DNA of 54,251 bases, the filler included, from Jimgerdemannia flammicorona (lineage: Eukaryota), in the NCBI GenBank assembly GCA_003990765.1. It is 3 parts of 3 records of this genome, joined end to end, with 100 filler letters (N's around TTAATTAATTAA, not from the genome) between each part and the next. Parts side by side here need not be neighbours in the genome. Positions count along the whole stretch, not along the records: positions 36,237 to 54,251 come from RBNJ01002328.1; 2 more parts are not named here. One strand, written 5' to 3'. How positions within the stretch are numbered: position 1 is the first letter of the stretch; each line of letters begins with the position of its first letter. Shown here piece by piece: positions 36,237-48,626 of the stretch. A program made the translations under genes and the position numbers. The notes beneath the pieces are model-generated. The model did no database searches, was not told the DNA's origin, and was given only the letters and a program-made list of their open reading frames with translations.

Positions 36237-38890
36237 GGGGGGGGAAGGATAAAGGCAAGAATATCATAGGGCAACGATAGCATTGCTCGGATTTGAGTTC
36301 CGGGTGGAGATGGTGTACGGGACTTAGTGCGGGAGTTTTACCGATTCGAGTTTCACTGGCCGAGATAATATAGATTAGTCTCAACTTCTGAGGGTTTATG
36401 TTTATTGTACTCTGCGGCATGAAATTGCATTCAAATACTTATCAATAAATTAAACCTGGTCAATGCATTTATACAACTGTTGGCAGAGCGTAACGAAATG
36501 TTTACAACTCATCACATCATATCAAATCCACTTTTTTCTCGCAGGTCTTCAGCCTTCAACGCCTTGCCATCCCTTGTCCGCTCATCCCCGAATCCACCAA
36601 GCAATACAGGACAAGGCTAACTAGCCTTATCGGAAAAGGCTACTTTGAATCCTTCCGCTCTTTCTATTATGAGATTTATTACTTGCGTTGACTAGGTACG
36701 GGGGTCACGATTTAAGGTAAAATATATAAAATTATACTAGAAGGCTCCCATTGCGTTTTAGTTTATTGACTCACCTCTCTTTCTCATTCAAAGTACAGGG
36801 GGTGATGAGACACAAATATAAAAATCCAACGCATTCTAGAAAACTGCCAATCAGCAGAACGGCTGCAAAATGCGCGCTCCCTGCACAGTCTACAGAACAT
36901 GCCGTCTATTAGCGTGCTAACTTGTTTCACTATTTGGAATCAGTAAACTGTCCCCTCTTCCGAATAGAAGCGTCAATCTTTGTGGGCTGCATCATTAAAG
37001 AAGCCAATTGCGAACTCAGAACTTGGTGGAATGAAGACCCGCACCTTACCAGAATGAACTCCTTCGAGTAAGCAAACATGCAAAGCAGGCACACATTTTA
37101 AAGGTGCCGAAGAGCCGAAAATTTGAGTGGTTTGGTGTGGTGAAGTGAGGAACCTATGTATTTCACTATCTGCGGGAGAAAATCGCCCACATTCTATTTA
37201 TAGAGATGGGTGTTTGAAAAAATTAGGTAATGCCGCAGGCGAAAATCGGAAGATCGGATTTAACGTGCGGCTCAATAAAAGGTTTCGCAACCAATTGAAC
37301 CGTTCGCCATTCATTCAAAAGAACCCGAAGAGGATTGGGTCTGTCCTCATTATTATAAGTTGCGGACAATGAGCTAATTACGCCGATTGGGGGCTGCACT
37401 GAGCCCCAAGGATCATCGGAGCATATAGCGACCTTGCCAGTAATTGACTTTCAAACCCCAAACAACTGGTGGCTCTAAATCTTAGAAGCCCAACTCTGAG
37501 AACCGGAGATTTAGGCGGTATCAAGTTATCCGTGCACGTTTATTTGTCATGCGCTAATGACCAGGCACAATGCAATACGCGACAATTTCAAGAGTTTTAT
37601 TTAATGTTTGTCACGCCTGATCTACCGCACCAAGCCATATTGGTGTACTCAATTATTATTATTATTATTTCTGGTTTGGCGCTGGGCTCTTCTTAAGCGA
37701 GAAATCAGCATGAGTCGTTCCAAAAATCTCACGACTCCAAAATGTGTCGAACTGACAATCAGCGCAACACACCCTCCAAATCCACCACCACCAAGAATTA
37801 AGGACGCCAATATTCAAGACTTAGTAAAAGAAAAAATGAGAGTGTGCAAATGTAATAAAGATTCATACTGATCACAAAGACGCAACTCAAAGTATACATC
37901 TATATATATGTTCCGACAAAAGAGCTCGACCTCGAGCAATAATCACAAACCACATTCGCTCCAGATACCGCTGCTGCCGCCACTACCCATGTTCCAGCTA
38001 TCAATGAGATCCTTGCAATCATGACCGACGACCAATGCGAGCGGCTGGGCTCGCTCTTGGTCCCCTTTGGCGGCGACGTTGACACGCCTATCCAGCACAT
38101 ATGCACTCTCGAAATACGTCAACGTCAACCTCAAGGGCATTTTGGGACGTCATGCGCAGAAGTTGTCAGAGGTAAATCGAACAGCGCAAATGGCTCATTA
38201 TGTCCTATCCTCCAGAACATGCGGATAGGGGTGCAGCCATTGCGCGGAATGCCGGTGGTTAAATATATGGCATTATGAGTATATACTGGATGATGTTTGG
38301 CTGTGGTTAATCTTCGTTTAATAGAAAATCGCTATTGTTCTGTAGATAATAGTTCCTTTGCTGTTTTTCATTAACCATTACTCTACAGCCTGCAGATAAT
38401 CATCGAAGTTCTGCAGTGAGTCATCAATCTCTGGTTAATCATTCTGAATGTTTGATTTTAAAATGTCAATAAATTAATTCCCAGTTTCCAAATGTTACAG
38501 GTAAAGAATGGAAAGACGTTCGGGAAGATACTAGAAAAATAGAGGTGGATAGGCCGAAGCTGAGAGGGATGAAGGAGTTTCAGGATGTAAACAATTGCCT
38601 TTACGGTATGGGCCAGCAGTTAGTAGATATTTATCTTTTATTTTTTGCACGTTTTTCTCCGTGCCCATCTCTTTTTGAGTATTCAGCTACAAAATAATCG
38701 ATTCTACTTTCCCCCTCGACAGTTAACGAAGGTGTAAGGCACGTGTTTGGATGACGTATCCAGCTTAACATTGATGATGACGTTTCAGACCTGATGGTGA
38801 CATCACAGTTTCGATCTGCAGTAGCGCTTCAGGACTAAGTTTATGAATTTCATTGCCATTAGCAGCTGAAGATCTTTCAACTATGTGTAG
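36237..38890. other. Non-repetitive, CpG-retaining island, probably host genic or intergenic DNA
   Basis: CG dinucleotides are frequent here and nearly absent in the flanking elements. No TE motifs. Several GT..AG intron-like signals. Confidence 0.7.
38021..38753 (+). CDS. Possible small spliced host gene or pseudogene, product unknown
   Basis: Candidate exons 38021-38171, 38501-38605 and 38723-38753 join through phase-compatible GT-AG introns: MTDDQCERLGSLLVPFGGDVDTP...AEVVRGKEWKDVREDTRKIEVDRPKLRGMKEFQDVNNCLYVNEGVRHVFG*. No family recognised. Confidence 0.3.
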
Positions 38891-39382
38891 GTTAATGTTT
38901 TGACACTGGACAGGCTGTTCTGAGCTCCAAATAGGTCTGAATTTACAAAAAAGACAAAATCACCCAAGTAGTCTTCCTGGAGTTCAAAATACCTCAATTA
39001 TAAGATATTTCTAACTGACTCAAGGTGCAAGTCAAGCCTAAGGATTTGGAAGTTCAGATAAGAAGAAAGTACACCTCCTTCAAGTCAGTTACTTCAAGAA
39101 GAATTTATCTTAATAAGTTTATTATTAGTTAGTAAAACTCTATAAAAATTTTATTCTAAAATCAGAAGATCAGACTGTCTTTGAAATCTTTATACTACCA
39201 GATTCCAAGAACCTCTTTGAACTAAATAAAGATCTTAAAAATCTTGATGTAGAAAAATATATATTTTTTGATAAGATGGGTTCAATATATTCTCAAACCA
39301 CTAACTAAAGCTAGAACAATATTATCTTGCTAAAAGAAACTATTATAGTATATCTGATATATATCTTATCTTAACTTAATAT

Positions 39383-40472
39383 TATCATGTAGTGGGTACT
39401 AAGTTCTCCAAGTATGTCAGATTCTCTTCAAGATATATCTCTTAGACCAACTATAAGTTTCTTATAAGCAAGTTCTATTAGAGTGTCTTCCCAAGGTCTT
39501 ATAGTCCTCAAACTTCTTATCTTTAAACTATTTTGTTATCTCTTGAATTTACTTGTTTGGAATTAAGTAAAGGACTGAAACTTCTATACTTTTGAGTAGT
39601 TGGGTGCTCAAATGCTTGAGTGTTTTCAATGCTTAACTACTGACTTTATTTCAAAAGAAATGAGAGAGGTATTTATATAAAATATAATTCAATAGTTGCT
39701 AAGTTATAAAACTAAATATAAATTCTAATAACTAAATAAATGAGGTACTTGAATACAGAAAACTTCAGATTGTAAGTATAAATTTAAGTATCTATATAAT
39801 TAGTTATATAAGATCAGAATGCTGGAATAATTTCTAATAGTTATACAAGATCAGAATACCAGAAGAATTTCAATAGTTATATAAAGAACTCAGAGCAGAA
39901 TATTCAGAATCCTGGAGACTTTATCTTCATCACTATTATTAAGGCTAGAGGTTGGAGACAGGATATCTTTGAAAGAAATGAGGTCAGCAAATATTTTGTC
40001 TATTTTATATATATTATACATTTCAATTAGTAGTGAGATGACATTATTATTGATAATGTCATCATATTCAGTAGTGGTAGTAGCAGAGAAAGTAAAGAGA
40101 TCAGGGGCTCTCCAATCTATGAGATTCTCCTTTATAAAGTAGAGGACAAAGGTGGGATTTTGAGAGAATCTAACCTAGATACTGGGACATTAAAATACTA
40201 AGATTAATCCCTATAAAAATTGATCAGGATTGTTCTAGAGGATGGGATTCTAGAACTCTTCTACCTCATTACTTCTGAGAGTAATAATATATTAGGCTTC
40301 TGTGACTACTATGACCTCTAGTGTATCTATACAGCAGGCTGATAATTTTTTGAAGTCTGAGACTCTGGTATACTCTAAGTTGGAGATTAATCAAGATATA
40401 TACCTAAAGATCTGATGGATCTTTTTTGGCTACTCTCAATTCACATATATCTATAGAGATGGCATCTTATAT

Positions 40473-40503
<31 letters not shown>

Positions 40504-42219
40504 GTTTAATGGACTCAATATCCTGCGGATTTTTATTAGAAGGGAATCTAGACTATATAGGCCAAAACCCTCCCCCACCACCCATCAAGCACTGCCCTCC
40601 CATTAATCTAGGCTAGCTATTGTCTAGCAGCTTGACTATACTAGGCACAGTAGGGCCTATGGTGGCCTATACCTCATTCTGTGCACCATGCTCTCCCTAC
40701 TACCAGGGGAAACCCAGCCATATGCCAATGACTGAAAGCACATACCTGAGAACCCAATGTATGTACAAGGTCATGTCCAAGCTGAATAGAATAGCCCCTG
40801 CCACTCCAAAGAGAATGACAGGCAAAGAAAAACTCTCATCAAAGTACAATATAATAGGTAGGGCCTGGTTCTCCCAGTCAAGATGAGTAAAGGACTTACA
40901 TGTGAGATGGGAGGAGACCCCCAATACTCCACTACTCAAGCCTGCAGGCCTTGATCATATTGCTATGTCAGCTCCTAGTTCTAGTTAAGTATAGCCAAGA
41001 CACCTGAAATAGGTAGCCTTGGCCCCCTGACCCCCCCTGACGACCGGGGCCCAATCTGCCAAATCACCAAAAGAAGCTGAGAGTGATACCTACCACCTAA
41101 CTGTACCATACTAATCAAAAGGCCCCACCAGAGCAGCACCTGCCCCAGTCCTGATAACTGCTCCCAGCCTGGCACCCTACTGATTTACTGTTAATGCCCT
41201 TCCTCCTATCTGTGGCAGCCATCTCCCCTCCCATCCTGACAATACCCAAAAAGCAGTCACCTATACCAGAACCATGCTTGCTGGGAAGCTCGCCAAAGCC
41301 AGAGGGCCCCACTACAGGCACTAAGGACCTGTAGGTAATCTATAGTGAGCACTTGATGCCCAAGGTTGGCTGACTCCCTACATAGTCCGAGATACACTGA
41401 AACAGCACTTTGTTGGCAATAACAAAAGGAAGAAGGCACCTCACCAAAACGGATGCACTCCAGACACAGCTAAAGGCACCAGAAACTGCGAAAAAGAGGA
41501 GAAGACACCGATCTGACACTGATAAAGGGGCAACCCATCACCATTGCCTCCCTCTCACTGCCCTGCAACAGATACAGCAAACCAACCTGAGGTAGAGGGG
41601 GTAATAATTGTGAAAAGTGGACTCAGAAGGTTGCCTACCAAACCAACATGACCAGTAAGATAGCAGAGAAAGGGTGGTATCTTATATCTCTTAGAGACTA
41701 GTCTGAGAGAATTTCTGATAGAGAAGATTTCCTATTTCATATTTCTGCTATATCTAGAGGTATTTGATAGTGATGATAATCTTTGTTTCTATTTTATAGT
41801 TGTAGAGAATAAAGTGGTAAGAGTTATCAGTATCCAGATTAAGGCTAGGAGTTCTTCTGATATAGATCCTCATAGCTCTCCTGATATCTTGGAATATTCT
41901 TTTTTGAACTAAGAAGCCTTGGTGATTCCTGGACTTTGAGATTTGGTAGGTGGCAGGCATTTTGTTTATAGTGAGTCTTTGAACTATTTAAGAGTTTTGT
42001 AAGTCTTATTTGAGTTGCTGCTGCTATGGTTTCTTAGTCCTTCTTTTATATTTCTTAAGATATCTATCTTATAGTCATAATGACTTATGGTTAGTCATCA
42101 TTGCTCATCTTATAGCCTGAGTGAGTTATGCTGTATGATCTTCTTATGCTCTAATCTGATAGCTTAAAAGAAAAGACTATCTTCTGTGATGATATCACCA
42201 TTCTGAGATCACCATTATA
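39383..42219 (-). repeat. E6 3' LTR containing a decayed copy of the accessory ORF (41960 to ~39889)
   Basis: 39383-40110 repeats 47922-48626. From 42219 downward it matches the start of the LTR at 52867. ORF 41754-41960 (MPATYQISKSRNHQG...) matches 53109 onward. Confidence 0.88.
40478..41674 (-). mobile_element. 5'-truncated non-LTR (LINE-like) insertion with poly(A) tail and ~18-bp TSD; second LINE family
   Basis: Poly(T) at ~40476-40503 on the plus strand. TGGCATCTTATATCTCTT at 40460-40477 is repeated as TGGTATCTTATATCTCTT at 41675-41692. It interrupts the LTR ORF. Confidence 0.85.
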
Positions 42220-42579
42220 TTTCTTCTAAATAAGAACCTTTTCTTGAACATTCTTATTCATTGGTCTAGTCTGAAAAATTTGCTGATCTCATAACCTCTG
42301 GCAGGGGGTTGAAAAGTGGTATTTATAGGCTGATATCTTCCTTATATATTTTGGCATAATGGTGAAGAGTCACTCTCTTCATATAGAGCAAGGGCCTGAT
42401 TCTGATCTTGACCAATCAGTTGATGGTTCAAACTCCTCTGGCTTTGAAAGTCTTATGAATAAGTAGTTGCTGGTACTATATCCCTTAGAGAATGGTCCAG
42501 ACAGATTACCTATTAGTCATGAGATATGCTATTATGATTTGCAGACTAGAACCTCACAGGTGGTCATCACATTTTGCTT

Positions 42580-45200
42580 CTCTTATATAGGTTTGTAGTA
42601 CTTCTTAAGTCTATTTCTATGTACCATGGTAGGCAGTATGGTCTCTGAGAGTTTTCTAAGCCAGAAGGTAGTTTCCTTGACATCTTATACATAGAAGGGT
42701 CCTTCTTATTTGGGCTCCAGTTTTCATGACCATGAGGCTTCTACTATATTTTGATATAGTAGAACCTTTTCTCTGATTTGAATGGGTTCTAGAGTCTTGT
42801 GATTCTTTTCTATATTCTTTCTTATTAGTACTTGTAACTTAATAATATAATATTCTACCTTCTTTCTGATTTGATATAGTCTCCAGATTTCTGAGTCAAT
42901 CTGTTGCCAAGTTAGATCTAGATTTGTAGCTGAGGTTTCATCAGAATCTTCTTCTCTGAAGAGCAGTTCTCTTGGGGTAAAGTGTGTACTCTGTGACAGT
43001 ATATCTCATAAGACAGAGAGGGCAGTTGGGAGGTAGTTATCCCAATTCTTATATATGTCTGAGATCTTGGCCAAGATGTTCTTGAGAGTCTTATTGGTTC
43101 TTTCTATGTATCCATTTTCTTGAGAGTGATATGCAGTAGTCTTGATATGCTGAATTTTATATTTCTGATATATTTTCTCATGGAATCTATTGACAAATTC
43201 TGTATCACAGTCTGTGGTGATTTGTCTTAGTGTCTTGTAGTGACAGATAATTTCTTGGTACAGAAAGTCAGTAATAAAGAGAACATTGACTTCTTGTAAT
43301 GCTCCTGCTTCTATCTATTTGGTAAAGAGATCTACAATAACTATAATATAGTAGTTTTCTGATAGAGTTACAGTAGTGATCTAATGATATCTATTATGAT
43401 GTGGTAGAAGTGGATAGGTTTGATTCTTAATGACCTGGGTGTCTGGTCTTACTGATCTTGTTTCTGTTTTTGGTACTTATCACACCCTTTGACAAATTGG
43501 TGCAGGTCTTCTTCCATCTTAGGCTACTATATAGTTCTTCTTACCTTATTATATATATTGGTTCCTCCTAAGTATCCTTGTTTGTGTACTTTCTTCATTA
43601 CTTGATACTTCTTGTATTTGGGTATAATGAGCTTTTCTTTTTTTCTGAGTGTGGTGTTGTCTAGTTTGAATTGTTTCCAAGTCTGGTTGATAGTAGTGAT
43701 AGTTCAGAGTTTGAGGTGGTTGGGCATCTTCTGCTGCTCAAGATAGCTGATTAATCCATAGTATAGCTCTTTATTTATATTGAATAGTCTTGATGGGGGT
43801 ATTTTTAATTATCCTTGAAAGTGCATCAGCATTAGCATTAGTTCTTCCTGAGTAGTATTTAATAGTACAGTTATACTCTTGCAGTCTGTAGATCTATCTG
43901 GCATATATTCTTTTAGAGTTCAAAGTGTAGAATAGTTAGGTGAGAGCAGAATGATCTGTTTGAATAGTAAAGTATTTCCTGGCTAGGTAGTAGTAGAACT
44001 TGTCTACTGTCCAGACTACTGCTAAGCATTTAAGCTTATATAACTTATAGTTCTGTTCTGCTCCATAGATATCTCAGCTTGTATAGGAGATAATATATTC
44101 ATGTCTATTTTTCTTCTGAGCTAGCACTGCTCCAAGTTCTATAGTACTTGCATCTGTCTGTAGGATAAACTCTAGGTTCTAATCTGGTATTCTGAGGATG
44201 GGTGCTTGGGTCAATCTAGTCTTGAGTTTGTTGAAGATTTCTTAACATTCCTTAGTCTATTCAAATTTGATCTCCTTCTTCAGTAGCTCATAGATAGATA
44301 CTATAATATTGGAGTATCTTTTGATAAATCTTCTATAGTAGGAGGTTAGTCCAAGGAAGACATGGACTTCTGTAGTTGTTCTGGATCTTGGGTAGACTAC
44401 AACAGTCTCAATCTTCATGAGGTCTATATGAATTCTAGTCTGGTTGATAATGTATCCTAGGTAGGTGATTTCCTGAGTTACAAACTTATACTTCTTGGGC
44501 TTGATGTAGAGGCCATGCTCATTGAGCTTCTTGTGAGCTAGCTATATGTGGTTGACATATTTCTGTGTAGTGTTGCTAAAGATGATCACATCATCAATAT
44601 AGATAAAGAGCTATTTTCTGATTTCATTACTAAAGACTCTATTTATCATTTACTGAAAATGTGCTGGAGTATTGTATATTCCAAATGTTATTCATAGGTA
44701 GACATAAGTGGTATCAGGTATGATGAAGACTGATTTCTCACTGGCATCTTGAGAGAGACCAATCTGATAGAAGCCTGAGAACAGATCCAAGGTGGTGTAG
44801 TATTTGGCTTTACTTCTAAGAGTAGTAAAAATTTCTTGAATATTTGGCAAAGACTGCCTGTCCTTCTTAGTGATTGTATTGAGCTTTCTGTAATCAATAT
44901 AGAGTCTTGGGGAAAACTCTCCAGACTTGCTTTCTTTCTTTGGGACAAGGATAATGAGTGAAGCCTAGGGGCTGATAGTTTGCTTGATGATACCAGCTTC
45001 TTCCATTTCCTTAAGTTCTGCTCACAGCTATTCTCTGTAGGCAGGTGGTATGAGTCTGGCTTTCTGGTAGATAGGCTTGATATCTCTGATGTCAACTTTG
45101 TAGTAGTACTTGGGTTCTTTATTATAGATGTCCCTGAAGTCTGTAGCAAGTACTTCTTCATTCTGATATAGGATCTTGAGAAGTTGTTCTTCTAGAAGAA
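42580..45200 (-). pseudogene. E6 RT, RNase H and integrase
   Basis: RLYIDYRKLN, TTLDLFSGFYQI, IYIDDVIIFS, VFLGLTSYYRRFI, QTDASTIELGAVL, NADALSR, TTAYHSQENGYIERTN, KLEPK*EGPFYV. Confidence 0.9.
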
Positions 45201-45291
45201 AGTTTTCTCCAATGGTATATATATACTTATTCTGGTCCTTATCTTTCTTGTGCTTGAGTTTGGTAATCTTGATGATAGTATAGGCTCCTCT

Positions 45292-45708
45292 TCCAGTAGA
45301 TCCAAAGTCTTGTTCTTCTCTCTTAATCTTGTTAAGTTTGATGGCTTCAGTGATCTTAGGCTTCTTGACTTTATGGATCAGTATCTGGTCAATCCTGTCA
45401 TGCTTCTTGACTTCAAATAGAGTGGTGGGGTTGTAACTTCTAACTATAAGAAAGATCTCACCAGTGTAATCAGAGTTAATGACTCCTCCTTCAACTGAGA
45501 TTTTGCTCTTGACCAGACTGCTTCTAGTCTTGATAGTTCTGATATAGTTCTCTAGTAACTTAACTCCAATTCTAGTGCTAAGTAGAGTGGTAGTTTATGG
45601 TTCAAGAATAGCATCTTGGATGCTAATAAGGTCTATTTCTATGGCTTCTTCAGTCTTATATTCTGGGATCTTAACCTTAGAGTGAAACTTCTTAATCTTG
45701 AGAGTGAT
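45292..45708 (-). pseudogene. E6 dUTPase, between protease and RT
   Basis: Hand translation: LKIKKFHSKVKIPEYKTEEAIEIDL...IKTRSSLVKSKISVEGGVINSDYTGEIFLIV...HDRIDQILI...KREEQDFGSTG. Confidence 0.88.
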
Positions 45709-46049
45709 GTCTGGTTCTTATTCCTCCTCATCATTACTATCAGCTTGAAGCTCTAAGGGCTGATCATATTCTTTAGCTTTCTTTTTTACTTTAGCTGCTT
45801 CTTGCTCATATCTTTATTGATGGATTTTTCTAACTTTACTGATGTAGGACTAGCAGTTATTCAGATGTTCAGAGCAGTACATCCTAACACTATGGGGGCA
45901 TCTTTCTTGAGGAGCATAGCTATTGATGATCTTATTGTACTACTGCTCATCTGTGAGCTTAGTTATCTTGCTCTTGTTCTTGTACACTGAGTGTATGAAG
46001 ACTTCTGTGTCCTCTTCATCTCCTTTCTCTATATCTGATACATAGTACT

Positions 46050-46430
46050 CCTTTGTGGAAATTAATAGAGACTCATATCTTTCTTCCTCTATAGTTGATC
46101 TATATCTTCTAGACATTGAGGTCAATAATAGCCTTGGCCTTATGGAGCCATTGGTTATCAATGAGAATGTTATAGTTGGTAGTACTTGTAATAATTACAT
46201 TTACTGGGATAGTAGCTCCTCTAATCTTGATGGAGACTTCTCAGATCTTACCTAGGGGGGTAGCTCATATATCATCTGCTATGATATAGATCATTTTGGT
46301 AGATTCTTCAATGTTTCAGTCCTGGTGGTCAATTGTCTTCTTACTCATAAGGTATCCTCTAGCACTAGTATCAATGATAGCATCAAAGATACAATCTTCA
46401 ATCCAATACTGAGTATAGGCTGAGGTCTTG
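46050..46430 (-). pseudogene. E6 aspartic protease
   Basis: FDAIIDTSARGYLMS...TPLGKI...YNILIDNQWLHKAKAIIDL. Confidence 0.8.
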
Positions 46431-46989
46431 TGCTGATCTTCAGATTCTTTACCTGAGTCTTCTTATTCATCTTTCTGTGCATTGTGAGCTTCTATGATCT
46501 TGTACTCTTAGTTCTTGATAGTAGTTGCAAGTCCTACTCTCAACTACTATCTAAAGGTAGGGACTTCTACTAGTTGTCCAAAAGTAGCATTGATCTTCTG
46601 TTCCTTGAGGTCCTTATAAATATCATACTAGTGGATCTTGGTCTTATACAGCTTCTGTTCTTTCTTACTTTCAACTTTCTCTTGAGACTGGAGTAGTGCC
46701 TTCAATAATTTGATAGGTAGCTTTATCTAATTCTATGTCTTGATCAATCTCCTTAGGTTGGGTCTTACTTTGTATGGTAATGGTTGAGGTCTTTTTTGGT
46801 CTTCCAACTGGCTTGCTATTGCTCTTCTTATCCTAGAGCTTGGACCAGATTCTGGTACCTTTAGTAACAGAGTAGAATTTGGACTCCTTAGGGTATTCTT
46901 CATCATTAGTCTACTAATTTCCTTAATGATTACAGCATTGGTTTATTCTCTAGTTCTGGTAGCATCACTTGGTTGAGCTCTGTGCCTTG

Positions 46990-47880
46990 TTTCAGTTATG
47001 ATTCTTTACATAGTGGCCTTCTTCTCTATATTTGAAGCATGTAATGGTGTATTTCTCTATAGTAGCTGCAAACTTCTGCACTGGTCTCCTGTTAGTACTT
47101 CATACTTCTCTAACAATATCACTAAGGTGTACAGTCATCTTGGCAAACTACTGGACAAGTTCCTCTACTGGGTCAGCTTTGGCTATCTTGGGAGTAGATG
47201 GGAATAGTTGTCTATTGATAGCTATAGTAGGTATGATACTGGTTGGCTTTAATGACTCTATATTGATACCAGTTATTCTTTCTATTGAGTGTTTGGCAGA
47301 GTGTCTGACAGTCCAATATCTCTGTACAAAGACCACTTTCTAGTCAAGAGTTAGAGCAGCTAGGGTAGACTAGATTGCTAGAGTGATTTCATAATAGACT
47401 TCTTTTAGGAAGGTTGAATCAGCTATCTGTTCTTTGAGGGCATTATCATAGCCAGCCAAGACAATCTGGTGGCAGATTCAGATGTAGAATAAGTTGGAAT
47501 CTTTACTGAGTCTCTGGCAGATAGTATTGAGTTGATCTTTGAGAGCTTACTTGATCTGTTTGGTATAGTATATAGTTCTAAGGAAGTTCTTTATGTTGGT
47601 GAGTTTGGCTGCACTATTGTTAGCAATAGTGGCTGCATTGAACTTGTCTCTGGCAGGTCCTCTGAGGCTGACTGATAGAAGGGCCAATTGTGCTTCTACA
47701 GTGAGAGCTTATATAGTGGCAAAATATTCAAAGTCTTTAATAAAGGTCAGAATTGACTCTTCAGTAGTAAATTCATAGAATATAGGAGAATATATTTCTA
47801 TCTTATCTTGAATTCTTGAAGGAGTAACTCTTGTAGTCAGGGTAGTTATTGTGGTAGTTGTTCATTTTTTAGCTTGAAAG
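46990..47880 (-). pseudogene. E6 gag
   Basis: ILTFIKDFEY...LSVSLRGPARDKF..., with a decayed knuckle TCFKYREEGHYVKNH at ~47000-47045. Confidence 0.7.
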
Positions 47881-47921
47881 TGAAGGATCCTAATGATATC
47901 ATCAGCCAATAGGTACTAAGT

Positions 47922-48626
47922 TGTCATGTAGTGAGCACTAAGTTCTCCAAGTATATCAGATTCTCTTCAAGGTATATCTCTTAGATCAACTACAAGTTTC
48001 TTATAAGCAAGTTCTATTAGAGTGCCTTTCTAAGATCTTATAGTCCTCAAACTTCTTATCTTTAAACTATTCTGTTGTTTCATAGATTTACTTGCTTGAA
48101 ATTGAGTAGAGGACTGACTTCTGTGCTCTTGAGTAGTTGGGTGCTCAAATGCTTGAGTGTTTTCAATACTTGACTACTGACTTTATTTCAAAAGAAATGA
48201 GAGGAGTATTTATATAAAATATAATTCAATGGTTGCTAAGTTATAAAACTAAATATAAATTTCAATAATCAAATAAATGAGGTACTTGAATACAGAAAAC
48301 TTTAGGTTATAAGTACAAATTTGAATTTCTATACAATTGGTTATATAAGATCAGAATACTGGAATAATTTCTAACAGTTATACAAGATCAGAATGTCAGA
48401 AGAATTTCAACAGTTATATAAAGAACTTAGAGCAGAATGTTCAGAATCCTGGGGACTTCATCTTCATCACTATTATTAAGGCTAGAGATTAGAGACAGGA
48501 TGTCTTCAAAGGAAATGAGATTAGCAAATGTTTTGTCTGTTTTGTATATACCATATATTTCAATTAGTAGTAGGATGTTTGGTAGTAGTGACAGTGGAGA
48601 AAGTAAGGAGATTAGGGGACTTCAAT
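47922..48626 (-). repeat. E6 5' LTR, truncated
   Basis: Direct repeat of 39383-40110 with a small internal deletion. Ends abruptly against the E7 RNase H. Confidence 0.88.

Larger units (their letters stand above)
39383..48626 (-). mobile_element. E6: heavily decayed Ty3/Gypsy element without chromodomain, gag-PR-dUTPase-RT-RH-INT, with long ORF-bearing LTRs (family C)
   Basis: 3' LTR at 39383-42219 (about 1.6 kb once the LINE insertion is removed). Truncated 5' LTR at 47922-48626. Internal domains recognisable through many stops. Confidence 0.88.

Noticed and set aside
38891..39382. Possible additional LTR or TE fragment
   Set aside because: CpG-poor and AT-rich like the repeats, but no second copy, termini or coding motif could be found in the window.
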